Part shown: positions 33,466 to 45,713 of the stretch, one piece after another | How the letters are laid out: each line of letters starts with the position of its first letter | Numbering within the stretch: the stretch's first letter is position 1 | Source: an uncultured delta proteobacterium | Lineage (GTDB): Bacteria > Desulfobacterota > Binatia > DP-6 | Assembly: GCA_963815115.1 (NCBI GenBank) | Contig: CAWFFN010000007.1 | Location: 576,001-640,000 of the forward strand | DNA length: 64,000 nt | Reading direction: 5' to 3' | Made by a program: the position numbers and the translations under genes | Notes under the pieces: model-generated | The model's input: only the letters and a program-made list of their open reading frames with translations | What the model was told of the DNA's origin: nothing | Database searches by the model: none

Positions 33466-35052
33466 CTACGCCGCCGCCGGCCGGCTCCTGTGCAGCTTGT
33501 AGTCCATGCTGTCGACCAGCGCCTGCCAGCTCGCCTCGATGACGTTGTGCGACACGCCGACGGTGCTCCAGCGCTCGTGCTCGTCGCCGGATTCGATCAG
33601 GACGCGGACCAGGGCGCCGGTTCCCTCCGCGCCACCGAGCACGCGGACCTTGTAGTCGTGCAGCCGCACCGACTCGATCTCCGGGTAGAAGCGAACCAGC
33701 GCCTTGCGCAGCGCGGAGTCGAGCGCGTGCACGGGGCCGTTGCCCTGCGCCGCGGTGTGCGCCATCTCGCCGTCGGGGCCCTCGAGCATGATCGTCGCCT
33801 CCGCGATGGGCGCCTCCGCCTCGTGCCGCTTCTCGTCGATCACGCGGAACCCGATCAGGCGGAAGAACCGACGCCGGTCACCCTCGAGCGCCTTGCGCAT
33901 CAGCAGCTCGAACGACGCATCCGCTCCCTCGTAGACATAGCCCTGCGACTCGAGCTCCTTCAGCTCGGCGAGCAGCCGCCGTACCGCCGGCTGGTCGCTC
34001 GCCAGGTCGATGCCGAACTGCAGCGCCTTCGCCAGCAGATTGGAGCGGCCCGCGAGGTCCGAGACCAGCACGCGCTGCTCGTTGCCGACCAGCGCCGGAT
34101 CGACGTGCTCGTAGGTCTCGGCATTCTTCTGCACCGCCGCCACGTGGAGGCCGCCCTTGTGGGCGAAGGCGCTCTGCCCGACGTAGGCCTGCCGCTTGTT
34201 GGGCTCGAGATTGGCGAGCTCGTAGACCAGGTGCGACACCTCCGTCAGCTGCGCCAGCTGCTCGGGCGTGACGCACGCCCAGCCCCGCTTCAGCTGCAGC
34301 GTGGGGATGAGCGAGACCAGGTTGGCGTTCCCGCACCGCTCGCCCAGGCCGTTCATGGTGCCCTGCACCTGCACGCACCCCCGTTCGAGCGCCTCGAGCG
34401 AGTTCGCCACCGCCAGCTCGGCGTCGTTGTGGCAGTGAATGCCGAGCGGCGTGCCCGGCACCGCGCCCTGGGCGGCGTCCACCGCCGGGCCGATCTGCGC
34501 AGGGAGCGCCCCGCCGCGCGTGTCGCACAGGCAGATGAGCGTCGCCCCGGCCTCGGCGGCGGCCGCGATCGCCGCCAGCGCGTAGCCGGGATTGCGCGCG
34601 TAGCCGTCGAAGAAGTGCTCGGCGTCGAAGATCACGCCGTCCACCCGGCTCCGCAGGAACGCGACCGAGTCGCGGATGACGTCGAGGTTCTCCTCGAGAC
34701 TGATGCGCAGGTCGTCGCGGACGTGCAGGTCCCAGGTCTTGCCGACGATGGTGACGATCGGGGTGTCGGCGCCGAGCAGCGCGGCCAGGTTGCGGTCGTC
34801 GGCCGCTCGCACGCCGGCCCGCCGGGTCGCCCCGAACGCGGCCACCCGGGCATGGCGCAGGCGGAGCCCGCGGGCGGCACGGAAGAACTCCTCGTCGCGC
34901 GGGTTCGACCCCGGCCATCCGCCCTCGACGTAGTGGATGCCCAGGGCATCGAGCGCCTCGGTGATGCGCAGCTTGTCGTCGAGCGCGAAGCTCACGTCCT
35001 CCGACTGCGCGCCGTCGCGCAGCGTCGTGTCGTAGAGCTCGATCTGGCGCAT
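33466..35052 (-). CDS. cimA: Citramalate synthase
   Basis: YDTTLRDGAQ, EGGWPGSNP, FDAEHFFDG, HCHND, GERCGN, AFAHKGG; next to lysC. Confidence 0.92.
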   Translation of the reverse strand: MRQIELYDTTLRDGAQSEDVSFALDDKLRITEALDALGIHYVEGGWPGSNPRDEEFFRAARGLRLRHARVAAFGATRRAGVRAADDRNLAALLGADTPIVTIVGKTWDLHVRDDLRISLEENLDVIRDSVAFLRSRVDGVIFDAEHFFDGYARNPGYALAAIAAAAEAGATLICLCDTRGGALPAQIGPAVDAAQGAVPGTPLGIHCHNDAELAVANSLEALERGCVQVQGTMNGLGERCGNANLVSLIPTLQLKRGWACVTPEQLAQLTEVSHLVYELANLEPNKRQAYVGQSAFAHKGGLHVAAVQKNAETYEHVDPALVGNEQRVLVSDLAGRSNLLAKALQFGIDLASDQPAVRRLLAELKELESQGYVYEGADASFELLMRKALEGDRRRFFRLIGFRVIDEKRHEAEAPIAEATIMLEGPDGEMAHTAAQGNGPVHALDSALRKALVRFYPEIESVRLHDYKVRVLGGAEGTGALVRVLIESGDEHERWSTVGVSHNVIEASWQALVDSMDYKLHRSRPAAA

Positions 35053-36266
35053 CAGGCCGCGGGGATGAAGGCGTCGTGCAGCGCACGCACGGCCAGCTCG
35101 GCGTACTTCGCGTCCACCACGACGGAGATCTTGATCTCGGAGGTGGAGATCATCTGGATGTTGATCCCCTCGTCGGCCAGCACCTCGAACATGCGGGCGG
35201 CGATGCCGGCGTGCGTCCGCATGCCGACGCCGACGATCGACACCTTGGCGACCTCGAGATCGCCGCGTACCTCGCGCCCCCCGATGGTGCGCGCGATGCC
35301 CTGCACCAGCTCGAGGGCCTGGTCGTAGTCGGCGCGCGGCACCGTGAACGTCAGGTCGGTGGTGCCGTCCGCGCTGGCGTTCTGGATGATCATGTCGACC
35401 ACGATCCCCGCGGCCGCGACCGGTCCGAAGAGCCGTGCCGCGACGCCCGGATGATCCGGGACACCGCGCACGGTGAGCTTGGCCTCGTTCTGGTCGGCCG
35501 CGACTCCGGCGACCGAGACCTCTTCCATGCTGGGATCCTCCTCGACGACGCGGGTGCCCTCGTTGTCGTTGAACGACGATCGGACGTGCACCGGCACCTG
35601 GTAGCGCTTGGCGAACTCGACGGACCGGATCTGGAGCACCTTGGCGCCCAGGCTCGCCAGCTCGAGCATCTCGTCGTAGGCGATGCGCGCGAGCTTGCGC
35701 GCGCGCGGCACGATGCGCGGATCGCTGGTGTAGACGCCGTCGACGTCGGTGTAGATCTCGCACATGTCGGCGCCGAGCGCCGCCGCCAGAGCGACCGCGC
35801 TGGTGTCCGATCCGCCGCGGCCAAGCGTGGTGATGCTGCCCTCGGCGTCGACCCCCTGGAAGCCCGCCACCACCGCCACCGTGCCCGCGGCGAGGGTCGC
35901 GCGCAGCCGCTCCGCGTCGATGCGCACGATGCGCGCCCGGCCGTACGCGCTGTCGGTCTCGATGCGCACCTGATGGCCGAGAAACGACCGTGCCGGGACA
36001 CCCAGGTCGTGCAGCACCAGCGCCGTCAGCGCGGAGGTGACCTGCTCGCCGGTGGACGCCAGGACGTCGCTCTCGCGCTCGGCGGGACGCGGATGCGCGG
36101 CCCTGGCCAGTGCGAGCAGGCGGTTGGTCTCCCCCGCCATGGCCGAGACCACCACCGCGAGCCGATGGCCGGCGGCATGGCAGCGCGCGACGCGCGCCGC
36201 CACGTGGCGGATGCGGTCGAGGTCGGCGACCGACGTGCCGCCGAACTTCTGTACGATGAGCGCCAC
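35052..36266 (-). CDS. lysC: Aspartate kinase
   Basis: [24 protein letters not shown], two ACT domains, STSEIKIS. Confidence 0.97.
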   Translation of the reverse strand: MALIVQKFGGTSVADLDRIRHVAARVARCHAAGHRLAVVVSAMAGETNRLLALARAAHPRPAERESDVLASTGEQVTSALTALVLHDLGVPARSFLGHQVRIETDSAYGRARIVRIDAERLRATLAAGTVAVVAGFQGVDAEGSITTLGRGGSDTSAVALAAALGADMCEIYTDVDGVYTSDPRIVPRARKLARIAYDEMLELASLGAKVLQIRSVEFAKRYQVPVHVRSSFNDNEGTRVVEEDPSMEEVSVAGVAADQNEAKLTVRGVPDHPGVAARLFGPVAAAGIVVDMIIQNASADGTTDLTFTVPRADYDQALELVQGIARTIGGREVRGDLEVAKVSIVGVGMRTHAGIAARMFEVLADEGINIQMISTSEIKISVVVDAKYAELAVRALHDAFIPAA

Positions 36267-36275
36267 GAACCCCTT

Positions 36276-36770
36276 TCACGCGCCGAGCACGGCGCGAAGC
36301 CACGTCTCGTGGCGAGGACCGTGCGCCTCGAGTCGGATCGACCGGCTGTCCCCCGCTCCGTGCCGAAGGCTGACGAGCAGGAACTCGTCGCCGGCCGCGG
36401 GAAGCAGCCGCTCGAACCACTCGACGGCGGCGATACCCTCGCCGTAGAGCACTTCCCGTGAAAATAGCGCATCGACCTGCGGCTGCTCAAGCCGATCCAG
36501 CCGGTAGAGATCGATGTGATGCACCGGCAGGCGCCCACCACGATACTCCGTCGCCAGGACGAAGGTGGGGCTGTGCACCGCCTCCGGATCGGCCCCGGCG
36601 CCCGCGACCAGTCCCCGCACGAGACAGGTCTTCCCCGTTCCCAGCTCGCCGACCAGCCCGAGCAGTGCCCCGGCATGTGCGGTGGAGCCCAGGCGCTGGC
36701 CGAGGGCCTCGGTCTCGGCCGGTCCGCTGGTGGTGAGCTCGGACGCGAGCCGGCTGCCCGCGCTGCTCAC
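36276..36770 (-). CDS. tsaE: t6A biosynthesis ATPase TsaE
   Basis: [21 protein letters not shown]. Confidence 0.94.
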   Translation of the reverse strand: MSSAGSRLASELTTSGPAETEALGQRLGSTAHAGALLGLVGELGTGKTCLVRGLVAGAGADPEAVHSPTFVLATEYRGGRLPVHHIDLYRLDRLEQPQVDALFSREVLYGEGIAAVEWFERLLPAAGDEFLLVSLRHGAGDSRSIRLEAHGPRHETWLRAVLGA

Positions 36771-38305
36771 GACTGTGCCTGGAGGTGGGCGAGGGCCGGC
36801 GGCAGCTCGTCCACCAGATCGCCGGCGAGAAGCCCGACCTCGCCCCGCCGTGCCACGATCGCGTCCGCCGCCGCGCCGTGCACGAACACCCCGAGCGACG
36901 CCGCCGCCATGGCGTCGAGTCCCTGGGCCAGCAGTCCTCCCACGATGCCCGAGAGCACGTCGCCCATGCCGCCGCTCGCCATCCCCGGATTGCCCGTGGG
37001 CGAGATCGCCGCTCTCCCGTCCGGCGTCGCGATCACCGTGCGGGCGCCCTTCAGCACGGTGACGACCCGGTGCTCCGCAGCGAACCGGCGCGCCGCGTGC
37101 ACCCGATCGGCCTGGACGTCGCCGGTCGAGCATCCCAGGAGGCGCGCCATCTCGCCCGGGTGCGGGGTGACGACCGTCGGTCCCGGGCGCTCGCGCAGCA
37201 ACGCCGTTCCCGCGATCGCGTTCAGGCCATCGGCGTCCAGCACCAGCGGCGCCCGCGCCCGCCGCACGACATGCGCCACCAGGGCGCGCGTGCCTTCGGC
37301 GAGGCCGAGCCCGGGTCCGCAGACGACCGCCTCGCGGCCGGCGATGAGCCGCTCCACCGCCGCCCCGTCCCCCAGCGCCGCGGTCCCGTCGGGCCCGTCC
37401 GGCAGCGGCTCGGTCATGATCTCGCGCACGTGTCCCTCGAGCACCGGCAGGAGCGCGCCGGCCGCGGCCAGCGTCGTCAGGCCGGCACCGGTCCGCGCCG
37501 CCGCCGCGGCCGCGAGGAGCGACGCGCCCGTCTTGCCGCGCGAGCCCGCCACCACCAGCACGTGGCCGAAGCTGCCCTTGTGCGCGTCGCGCGCCCGTCG
37601 TGGCAGCAGGCCGCCGACGTCGCTCGCCTCCAGGAGGCGGAGCTGCGGACCGACGGCCGTCACGGCGTCCGGTGGAATGCCGATGTCGACCACCTCGAGC
37701 GCTCCGCACAGATCGACGCCCGGATAGAGCACCTGGCCGACCTTCGGGAAGGCGAACGTCGCGGTGGCCGCCGCGCGCACCGCCCGGCCGAGGGGCCGGC
37801 CGCTGTCGGCCGACAGGCCCGACGGCAGGTCGATCGCGAGCACCGGACGGCCTGCCGCATTGATGGCATCGATCACCGACGCGAGCAGGCCCTCGACCGG
37901 CGTGTTGAGGCCGGTGCCGAGGAGCGCGTCCACCACCACGCCGGCGCGGGCGAGGCGCCGCGCCAGGGCGTCGACCTGTCCGGGCGTCTCGACCGTGACG
38001 GTTGCGCCGCGCCAGCGTTTCAGCATCTCGGCGGCATCGCCACCCACCGCCGACGTCGGCGCCGCCAGCCAGACCTCGGCGCCGATGCGGGCGCGACGCA
38101 GGTGCCGCGCCAGGACCAGACCGTCGCCGCCGTTGTTGCCCTTGCCGCAGCACACCACGACAGGACCGCCCATCCGGCGCCAGCGACGGCGCAGCATCTC
38201 GGCCGCCCCGCGTCCGGCCCGCTCCATGAGCTCCGGCCCCGGGGTGCCATGCTCGATGGTCCAGCGGTCGAGCGCCCGCATCTCGGCCGCGGTGACGACG
38301 ATCAC
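36767..38305 (-). CDS. nnr: Bifunctional NAD(P)H-hydrate epimerase/dehydratase
   Basis: LMERAG, GKGNNGGDG, DALLGTG, HKGSFG, DADGLN, TPHPGE, GGMGDVL. Confidence 0.96.
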   Translation of the reverse strand: MIVVTAAEMRALDRWTIEHGTPGPELMERAGRGAAEMLRRRWRRMGGPVVVCCGKGNNGGDGLVLARHLRRARIGAEVWLAAPTSAVGGDAAEMLKRWRGATVTVETPGQVDALARRLARAGVVVDALLGTGLNTPVEGLLASVIDAINAAGRPVLAIDLPSGLSADSGRPLGRAVRAAATATFAFPKVGQVLYPGVDLCGALEVVDIGIPPDAVTAVGPQLRLLEASDVGGLLPRRARDAHKGSFGHVLVVAGSRGKTGASLLAAAAAARTGAGLTTLAAAGALLPVLEGHVREIMTEPLPDGPDGTAALGDGAAVERLIAGREAVVCGPGLGLAEGTRALVAHVVRRARAPLVLDADGLNAIAGTALLRERPGPTVVTPHPGEMARLLGCSTGDVQADRVHAARRFAAEHRVVTVLKGARTVIATPDGRAAISPTGNPGMASGGMGDVLSGIVGGLLAQGLDAMAAASLGVFVHGAAADAIVARRGEVGLLAGDLVDELPPALAHLQAQS

Positions 38306-39039
38306 CCGAACGCCGCCTTCATCTCCCGCACCGCGGCGACCATGCCGACGAGCACGGCGCGGGCGACGATGCTGTGCCCGATGTTCAGCTCGGCCATGTC
38401 CGGGAGCGCCGCCACCGGTCGCACGTTGGCGAGCGTGAGCCCGTGACCCGCGTGCAGGTCGAGGCCGAGCGCACGCACCACGCTGGCCGCCCCGGCGACC
38501 CGGTCGAGCTCGCGTGCGGCCGCGGGCGCGACGGCGTTGGCGTAGTCTCCCGTGTGCAGCTCGACCGCGTGCGCGCCGGCCGCCTGGCTCGCGCGCACCT
38601 GCGCCTCCACGGGGTCGATGAAGCAGCTCACCCGGATTCCGGCACCGGCGAGACGGCCGGTCGCCTCGCGCACCCGCTCCAGCTGGCGGCATACGTCGAG
38701 CCCGCCCTCGGTGGTCAGCTCCTCACGGCGTTCCGGCACGAAGCAGACGTCGTCGGGCTGCACGCGCAACGCGAACGCCACCATGTCCTCGGTCACCGCC
38801 ATCTCGAGATTGAGCTTGGCCTGCAGCATCCCTCGCAACCGCTCGACGTCGGCGTCCTGGATGTGCCGCCGGTCCGCTCGCAGGTGGACGGTGATGCCAT
38901 CGGCACCCCCCTCGAGCGCCAGGCGGGCCGCCTCCAGTGGATCCGGATAGTCCACCCGTCGAGCCTGGCGGAGCGTCGCGACGTGGTCGATGTTCACCCC
39001 GAGGCGCGGCCGCCCGGAGGTGCCGGCACCTCCGCTCAT
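38302..39039 (-). CDS. pdxJ: Pyridoxine 5'-phosphate synthase
   Basis: LGVNIDHVATLRQAR, DRRHIQ, ELTTEGGLD, ELHTG, ELNIGHSI. Confidence 0.97.
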   Translation of the reverse strand: MSGGAGTSGRPRLGVNIDHVATLRQARRVDYPDPLEAARLALEGGADGITVHLRADRRHIQDADVERLRGMLQAKLNLEMAVTEDMVAFALRVQPDDVCFVPERREELTTEGGLDVCRQLERVREATGRLAGAGIRVSCFIDPVEAQVRASQAAGAHAVELHTGDYANAVAPAAARELDRVAGAASVVRALGLDLHAGHGLTLANVRPVAALPDMAELNIGHSIVARAVLVGMVAAVREMKAAFG

Positions 39040-39300
39040 CCTAGTCGGTGACGGGCACAGGCGGCGCCATGCGCCGTTCTTCGCCCGCCGGCCACGGGCC
39101 GTCAAGCGGGGCGGCAGGGGCAGTTCCCTCAGAAGCGCCGTCGGCGCACGCCGGGTCGCGGCCAGCCGTTCCCGCACGCGCGGAATCCACGACCCCTTCG
39201 ACGGCCGCCGCATCGCCGACGGCCGCACAGCCGCCCTTGGCTTCCGCCTTCTGCAACGCCTCGGCGACGCTTCTGCAGCGCCCCCAGTGGACCGAGCCGC

Positions 39301-40476
39301 CTAGCCCCCCGACGCCCTCTGCGCCGCAGCCACCGCCGTTCCTCTCGCCGGCACCTGCCCTTCGCTCGCCAGCACGTCCTCGAGCGCCGCCAGCAACGCC
39401 AGGACGTTCGCGCGCCGACTCGACTCGCCCATCAGGCCGACCCGCCAGACCTTGCCCTTCATGGGCCCGAGCCCGGCGCCGATCTCGATGCCGTGCTCCG
39501 ACAGCAGCCGGGTGCGCACGCGAGCCTCGCCGATGCCGTCGGGCACCGTGACCGCATTCAGCATGGGCAGACGGTGCCCTTCCTGCGCGGCCAGCGACAG
39601 GCCGAGCGCCCCCAGCCCCGCGGCCAGCGCCTCGTGATTCCTGCGATGGCGCGTGAAGCGCGCCGCCAGGCCCTCCTCGACCACGATGCGCAGCGCCTCG
39701 TGCAGCGCGTAGTTCATCGTGATCGGCGCCGTGTGGTGATAGACCCGCTCCTCTCCCCAGTACTGTGCCAGGAGCGTGAGGTCGAGGTACCAGCTGCGGA
39801 CCTTCGTTTTGCGGGCCTTCATCGCGGCGACGGCGGCGGACCCGAAGGTCACCGGCGCCAGGCCAGGCGGACACGAGAGACACTTCTGCGTCCCGCTGTA
39901 CGCCGCATCCACGCCCCAGCCGTCGATCTCCACCGGAGCACCGCCGAGCGAGGTGACGCAGTCGATGAGCATCAGCGCGCCGTGGCGGTGCGCGAGGCTC
40001 GCAATCTCGGGGATCGGCTGCCACGCGCCGGTCGAGGTCTCGGCATGCACGACCGCGACCAGCTTCGGCCGGGTCGCGTTCGCCAGCGCGGCCTCGATCT
40101 GCTCCGGCTCCACGATCCGCCCCCACGGCGCCTCGACCCGGTGCACGATCGCGCCCGCACGCTCGGCAACCTCGGCCATGCGCGACCCGAACACGCCGTT
40201 GACCCCCACGACGAACTCGTCGCCGGGCTCCAGGAGATTCACCAGGCACGCCTCCATCCCGGCGCTCCCGGTCCCCGAGATGGGGATGGTGAGGTCGTTC
40301 GTGGTCGCGAACACCGTCCGCAGGAGTTCCTTCACCGCCTCCATCAGCGCCACGAAGGCGGGATCGAGATGGCCCACCAGCGGCGCCGACATGGCACGCA
40401 GCACACGCGGATGGACGGCCGAGGGCCCAGGGCCCAGCAGCAAGCGGTCGGGCGGCTCGAACGCGACGTTGGTCAC
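39301..40476 (-). CDS. Alanine-glyoxylate/serine-pyruvate aminotransferase (class V)
   Basis: LLGPGPS, SGTGSAGME, HAETSTG, SGTQKCL, YHHTAP. Confidence 0.94.
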   Translation of the reverse strand: MTNVAFEPPDRLLLGPGPSAVHPRVLRAMSAPLVGHLDPAFVALMEAVKELLRTVFATTNDLTIPISGTGSAGMEACLVNLLEPGDEFVVGVNGVFGSRMAEVAERAGAIVHRVEAPWGRIVEPEQIEAALANATRPKLVAVVHAETSTGAWQPIPEIASLAHRHGALMLIDCVTSLGGAPVEIDGWGVDAAYSGTQKCLSCPPGLAPVTFGSAAVAAMKARKTKVRSWYLDLTLLAQYWGEERVYHHTAPITMNYALHEALRIVVEEGLAARFTRHRRNHEALAAGLGALGLSLAAQEGHRLPMLNAVTVPDGIGEARVRTRLLSEHGIEIGAGLGPMKGKVWRVGLMGESSRRANVLALLAALEDVLASEGQVPARGTAVAAAQRASGG

Positions 40477-40537
40477 CCGCCGCTTCTACCCGAGCACTCC
40501 ATGCGCCGACAAATCCAATTGGGGGGCCCGGCCCGTC

Positions 40538-40635
40538 TGCCGCGCCGGCTTCGCCGGCCGCGGCACGCCGCCCGCCCTCGACACCGAGCCCCACTCTCGC
40601 TCTCGGCCTCGACCCGAGACGAAGTCTCGGGTCGA
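40538..40635. repeat. Dispersed two-hairpin repeat, locus B
   Basis: TGCCGCGCCGGCTTCGCCGGCCGCGGCA (40538-40565) and TCGACCCGAGAC-GAA-GTCTCGGGTCGA (40609-40635). Confidence 0.9.
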
Positions 40636-40641
40636 AAATAC

Positions 40642-42003
40642 CTACGCTCCGATGGCGGCGCGTGCGGCGTCGACGATCGCCCCGGCGAGCTGCCGGATGG
40701 CGGGCTCGCGCTCGCCCTCGACCATCACGCGCAGGAGCGGCTCGGTGCCGGAGTAGCGCACCAGGACCCGTCCTCGATCGCCCAGCGCGCGCTCCGCGTC
40801 ACGGATTGCGGCCGCGACCGTCGGCAACGTCTCGACGTCGGGCTTGCTGCGCACCCGCAGGTTCTCGAGCACCTGCGGGAAGCGCTGCATCACGCGCCGC
40901 AGCTCGGAGAGGGGCCGGCCGCGCTCCACCATGAGCGCGAGCACCGCGAGCGCGGTGATGAGCCCATCCCCGGTCGTGTTGTGGTCGAGAAACACCACGT
41001 GACCCGACTGCTCGCCGCCGAGGTTGTAGCCACCGCGCTGCATCTCCTCGACCACGTAGCGGTCGCCGACCGGCGTGGTGACGACGCGGATCTGGCGCTC
41101 GCGCATCGCGACGTGCAGCCCGAGGTTGCTCATCACCGTGGCCACGAGGGTCTCCCGCTTGAGCTCGCCCCGTTGCCGGAGCTCCGCCGCGAGGAGTGCC
41201 ATCACCTCGTCCCCGTCGACCAGGGCCCCCTGCTCGTCGACCAGGATGGCGCGATCGGCGTCCCCGTCGAGCGCGATGCCGACGTGGGCACCCGACGCGC
41301 GCACCGCCGCCTGGAGCTGCTCCGGGTGCAGCGCGCCGGCGTCGCGGTTGATGTTCTCGCCGTCGGGGTCGACGCCGCGGGCGATCACCCGCGCGCCGAG
41401 CTCCTCGAGCACCTCCGGCGCGACACGGTAGGCCGCGCCGTGCCCGCAGTCGACCGCCACGGTGAGCCCGTCCAGGGTGAGGTGGCGCGGAAAGGCGCTC
41501 TTCACGAACACGTTGTAGCGTCCGACGGCGTCGTCGATGCGAAACGCCTTGCCGATCTCGGTCCGCGTGGGACGGAGCGCGTCGATCGAGTCCGACAGCA
41601 CCAGGCGCTCGATCTCCGCCTCGAGCTCGTCGGGGAGCTTGAAGCCGGTGGGGCTGAAAAGCTTGATCCCGTTGTCCTGGAACGGATTGTGCGAGGCCGA
41701 GATCACCACCCCGGCGTCGGCCCGCATCGAGCGCGTGAGGAAGGCGATGCCAGGGGTCGGCAGCGGTCCCACGAGGAGGACGTCGACGCCCATCGAGCAG
41801 ATGCCCGACGCCATCGCGGTCTCCAGCATGTAGCCCGAGAGCCGCGTGTCCTTCCCGATCAGGATGCGATGGCGATGGGGAGAGCGCTTGCTCACGTGGG
41901 CGAGCGCGCGTCCCAGGCGGAGCGCCATCTCCGAGGTCATCGGGTCGACGTTCGCGGTCCCGCGCACACCGTCGGTGCCGAACAGCCGGCGCGCCTCCCC
42001 CAT
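40642..42003 (-). CDS. glmM: Phosphoglucosamine mutase
   Basis: [43 protein letters not shown]. Confidence 0.97.
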   Translation of the reverse strand: MGEARRLFGTDGVRGTANVDPMTSEMALRLGRALAHVSKRSPHRHRILIGKDTRLSGYMLETAMASGICSMGVDVLLVGPLPTPGIAFLTRSMRADAGVVISASHNPFQDNGIKLFSPTGFKLPDELEAEIERLVLSDSIDALRPTRTEIGKAFRIDDAVGRYNVFVKSAFPRHLTLDGLTVAVDCGHGAAYRVAPEVLEELGARVIARGVDPDGENINRDAGALHPEQLQAAVRASGAHVGIALDGDADRAILVDEQGALVDGDEVMALLAAELRQRGELKRETLVATVMSNLGLHVAMRERQIRVVTTPVGDRYVVEEMQRGGYNLGGEQSGHVVFLDHNTTGDGLITALAVLALMVERGRPLSELRRVMQRFPQVLENLRVRSKPDVETLPTVAAAIRDAERALGDRGRVLVRYSGTEPLLRVMVEGEREPAIRQLAGAIVDAARAAIGA

Positions 42004-43055
42004 CACGGACCTCCCTGCTCCTTCGTGGCCACCACCACGCGCACCGTCTCGGGCTGCCGCGTCGTCACCTCCAGCGGGGCCGGCAGATCCACCTGCACCG
42101 GGAGCGGATGCGTCCCCGGGCCGAGGCCGGCCGCGTCGACGAACACCGCCCCCGCAGGCAGGACCCAGTCGTGCAACAGGCGCTGCGGGCCGTGCACCGT
42201 GACGTCGACCTGGGCCGGGGTGATCTTCGCCTGATCGCCGTTGCGGAGCGCGATCGGGACGCGGGGAAACTCGCGCGACATCAGTATCTCGTCGAAGCGT
42301 ACGCTCACCCGCACCCGGTCCGGCACGAGGTTGACGAAGTCGCCTGCCGCGTCGAGGACTGCGGTGCGCTCGAGCGTGCTGGTGAGCCCATCCAGGTCGA
42401 TCGGCCTCGTGGTGACCTCCTTCATCGCGTCGAGCGTCTTGGCGGGCCCCGTCACCTCGACGTGATCGGGCGTGATGGTGGACTCGGCGACCCTATAGCC
42501 CACGCCCGGTGCGCCTGCCAGGACCGGCTTCACCACCAGACGGCGCTTCGCCAGCTTCTCGAGCTTCGCGTCCAGGCGGCCGGGCGTCATGCGAACCACC
42601 TTCAACCGGCGCGGCAGCTCGGGCACCAGGCTCGCGCGGTTCAGATCGACGCGCACCTCCCCCTCGCCCGCCGCCGACAGGTCCACCACCAGCCGCGTCT
42701 TCCCCTCGTCCACGTTGTCGAGGATGGTACGCGGGCCCCGCAAGGTCACCATCACGCCCTTCGCCGGCGACACGTCGGTCACGATGAGACCCGGGGCGAC
42801 CCGGCGGATGCCGACCGGCAGGTCGACGATGCGCTCCGCGTCGCGCTCGAGCTCGTTGATCGAGTACCAGAGAAAGCACGCGACCAGGAGCGAGACGACC
42901 TTCAGCAGGGCGTTGTGGCGCAGCAGTTCGCGCAGCCGCCGGCGCGGGGGAACCCGCCGCCAGGCGGTTCGCCAGAGCCGCCGGCGCAGGGCCTCGCCCT
43001 CCACCGGTTCCGGCGCCGGCACGGGCCGGCGAAGCCGCATGGCGGGGAGCCTCAT
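42003..43055 (-). CDS. cdaR: YbbR/CdaR-like regulator of diadenylate cyclase
   Basis: [15 protein letters not shown] followed by YbbR-type repeats (VTLRGP, VEVTGP, VTVHGP); lies between cdaA and glmM. Confidence 0.87.
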   Translation of the reverse strand: MRLPAMRLRRPVPAPEPVEGEALRRRLWRTAWRRVPPRRRLRELLRHNALLKVVSLLVACFLWYSINELERDAERIVDLPVGIRRVAPGLIVTDVSPAKGVMVTLRGPRTILDNVDEGKTRLVVDLSAAGEGEVRVDLNRASLVPELPRRLKVVRMTPGRLDAKLEKLAKRRLVVKPVLAGAPGVGYRVAESTITPDHVEVTGPAKTLDAMKEVTTRPIDLDGLTSTLERTAVLDAAGDFVNLVPDRVRVSVRFDEILMSREFPRVPIALRNGDQAKITPAQVDVTVHGPQRLLHDWVLPAGAVFVDAAGLGPGTHPLPVQVDLPAPLEVTTRQPETVRVVVATKEQGGP

Positions 43056-43804
43056 TCGGCCAGCAACCGCTGCAGCGTGGTGCGCAACGTGGCGCCGTCG
43101 ACGTCGCGCGTGATCTTCCCCTCGCGCGCCAGGGAGATCGCGCCGTCCTCCTCGGAGACGACGATGACGACGGCGTCCGTCTCCTCGGTGAGCCCGATGG
43201 CCGCCCGGTGGCGCGTCCCGAGCGTCTTCGACACGTTGGGGTTCGCGGTCAGGGGCAGGAAGCACCCCGCGGCGGTGATGCGCCCGTTCTGCACGATCAG
43301 CGCGCCGTCGTGGATCGGCGAGTCGGGCAGGAAGATGCTCGTCACCAGCTCGCGCGACACGCGGGCGTCGAGCCGCGTGCCGACGTCGATGTACTCGTTC
43401 AGGCCCACCTCGTGCTGCAGCACGATGAGCGCCCCGACGCGCCGGCTCGCCAGGTGGGTCACCGCCTTCACCAGCTCCTCGACCGCCTGGTTCTGCACCG
43501 CCCGGTCGCGCGGCGAGAAGAGCGGGCCCGTTCCCACCTGCGTCAGCATGCGGCGGATGTCGTTCTGGAACACGATGAAGAAGAGCACCAGCGACCAGCC
43601 GAGCACGTAGTTGAGCAGGACGTTGACGGTGTAGATCTCGAAGCGCGCCGACAGGAAGTAGAGCGCGTACACCATGGACAGCCCGATCAGCATCGGGACC
43701 GCGCGGGTCCCCCGGATCAGGTTGATTCCCGAGTAGATGCCGATGGTGAGCAGGAAGATGTCGACGCCGTCCTGCCAGCGGAAGCCGAGGGCGAGGTCCT
43801 TCAT
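43052..43804 (-). CDS. cdaA: Diadenylate cyclase CdaA
   Basis: Three TM helices, FQNDIRR, IHDGA and GTRHRAA DAC motifs, VSEE. Confidence 0.95.
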   Translation of the reverse strand: MKDLALGFRWQDGVDIFLLTIGIYSGINLIRGTRAVPMLIGLSMVYALYFLSARFEIYTVNVLLNYVLGWSLVLFFIVFQNDIRRMLTQVGTGPLFSPRDRAVQNQAVEELVKAVTHLASRRVGALIVLQHEVGLNEYIDVGTRLDARVSRELVTSIFLPDSPIHDGALIVQNGRITAAGCFLPLTANPNVSKTLGTRHRAAIGLTEETDAVVIVVSEEDGAISLAREGKITRDVDGATLRTTLQRLLAE

Positions 43805-43828
43805 GCGCTCGCCGCGCCGGGGGCGGCC

Positions 43829-45660
<1,832 letters not shown>

Positions 45661-45684
45661 AGACACCTCGCCGCGTCGCCACGG

Positions 45685-45713
45685 AGCGTACCATGCGTAT
45701 TTTTCATGGGCAA
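45685..45713 (-). promoter_or_regulatory. Candidate sigma70 promoter for ftsH
   Basis: Minus strand TTGCCC-N17-TACGCT with an AT-rich spacer containing CCATG-N9-CATGG. Confidence 0.5.

Noticed and set aside
40642-43804. c-di-AMP module cdaA-cdaR-glmM as a novelty
   Set aside because: A well-described conserved operon, also known in deltaproteobacteria.
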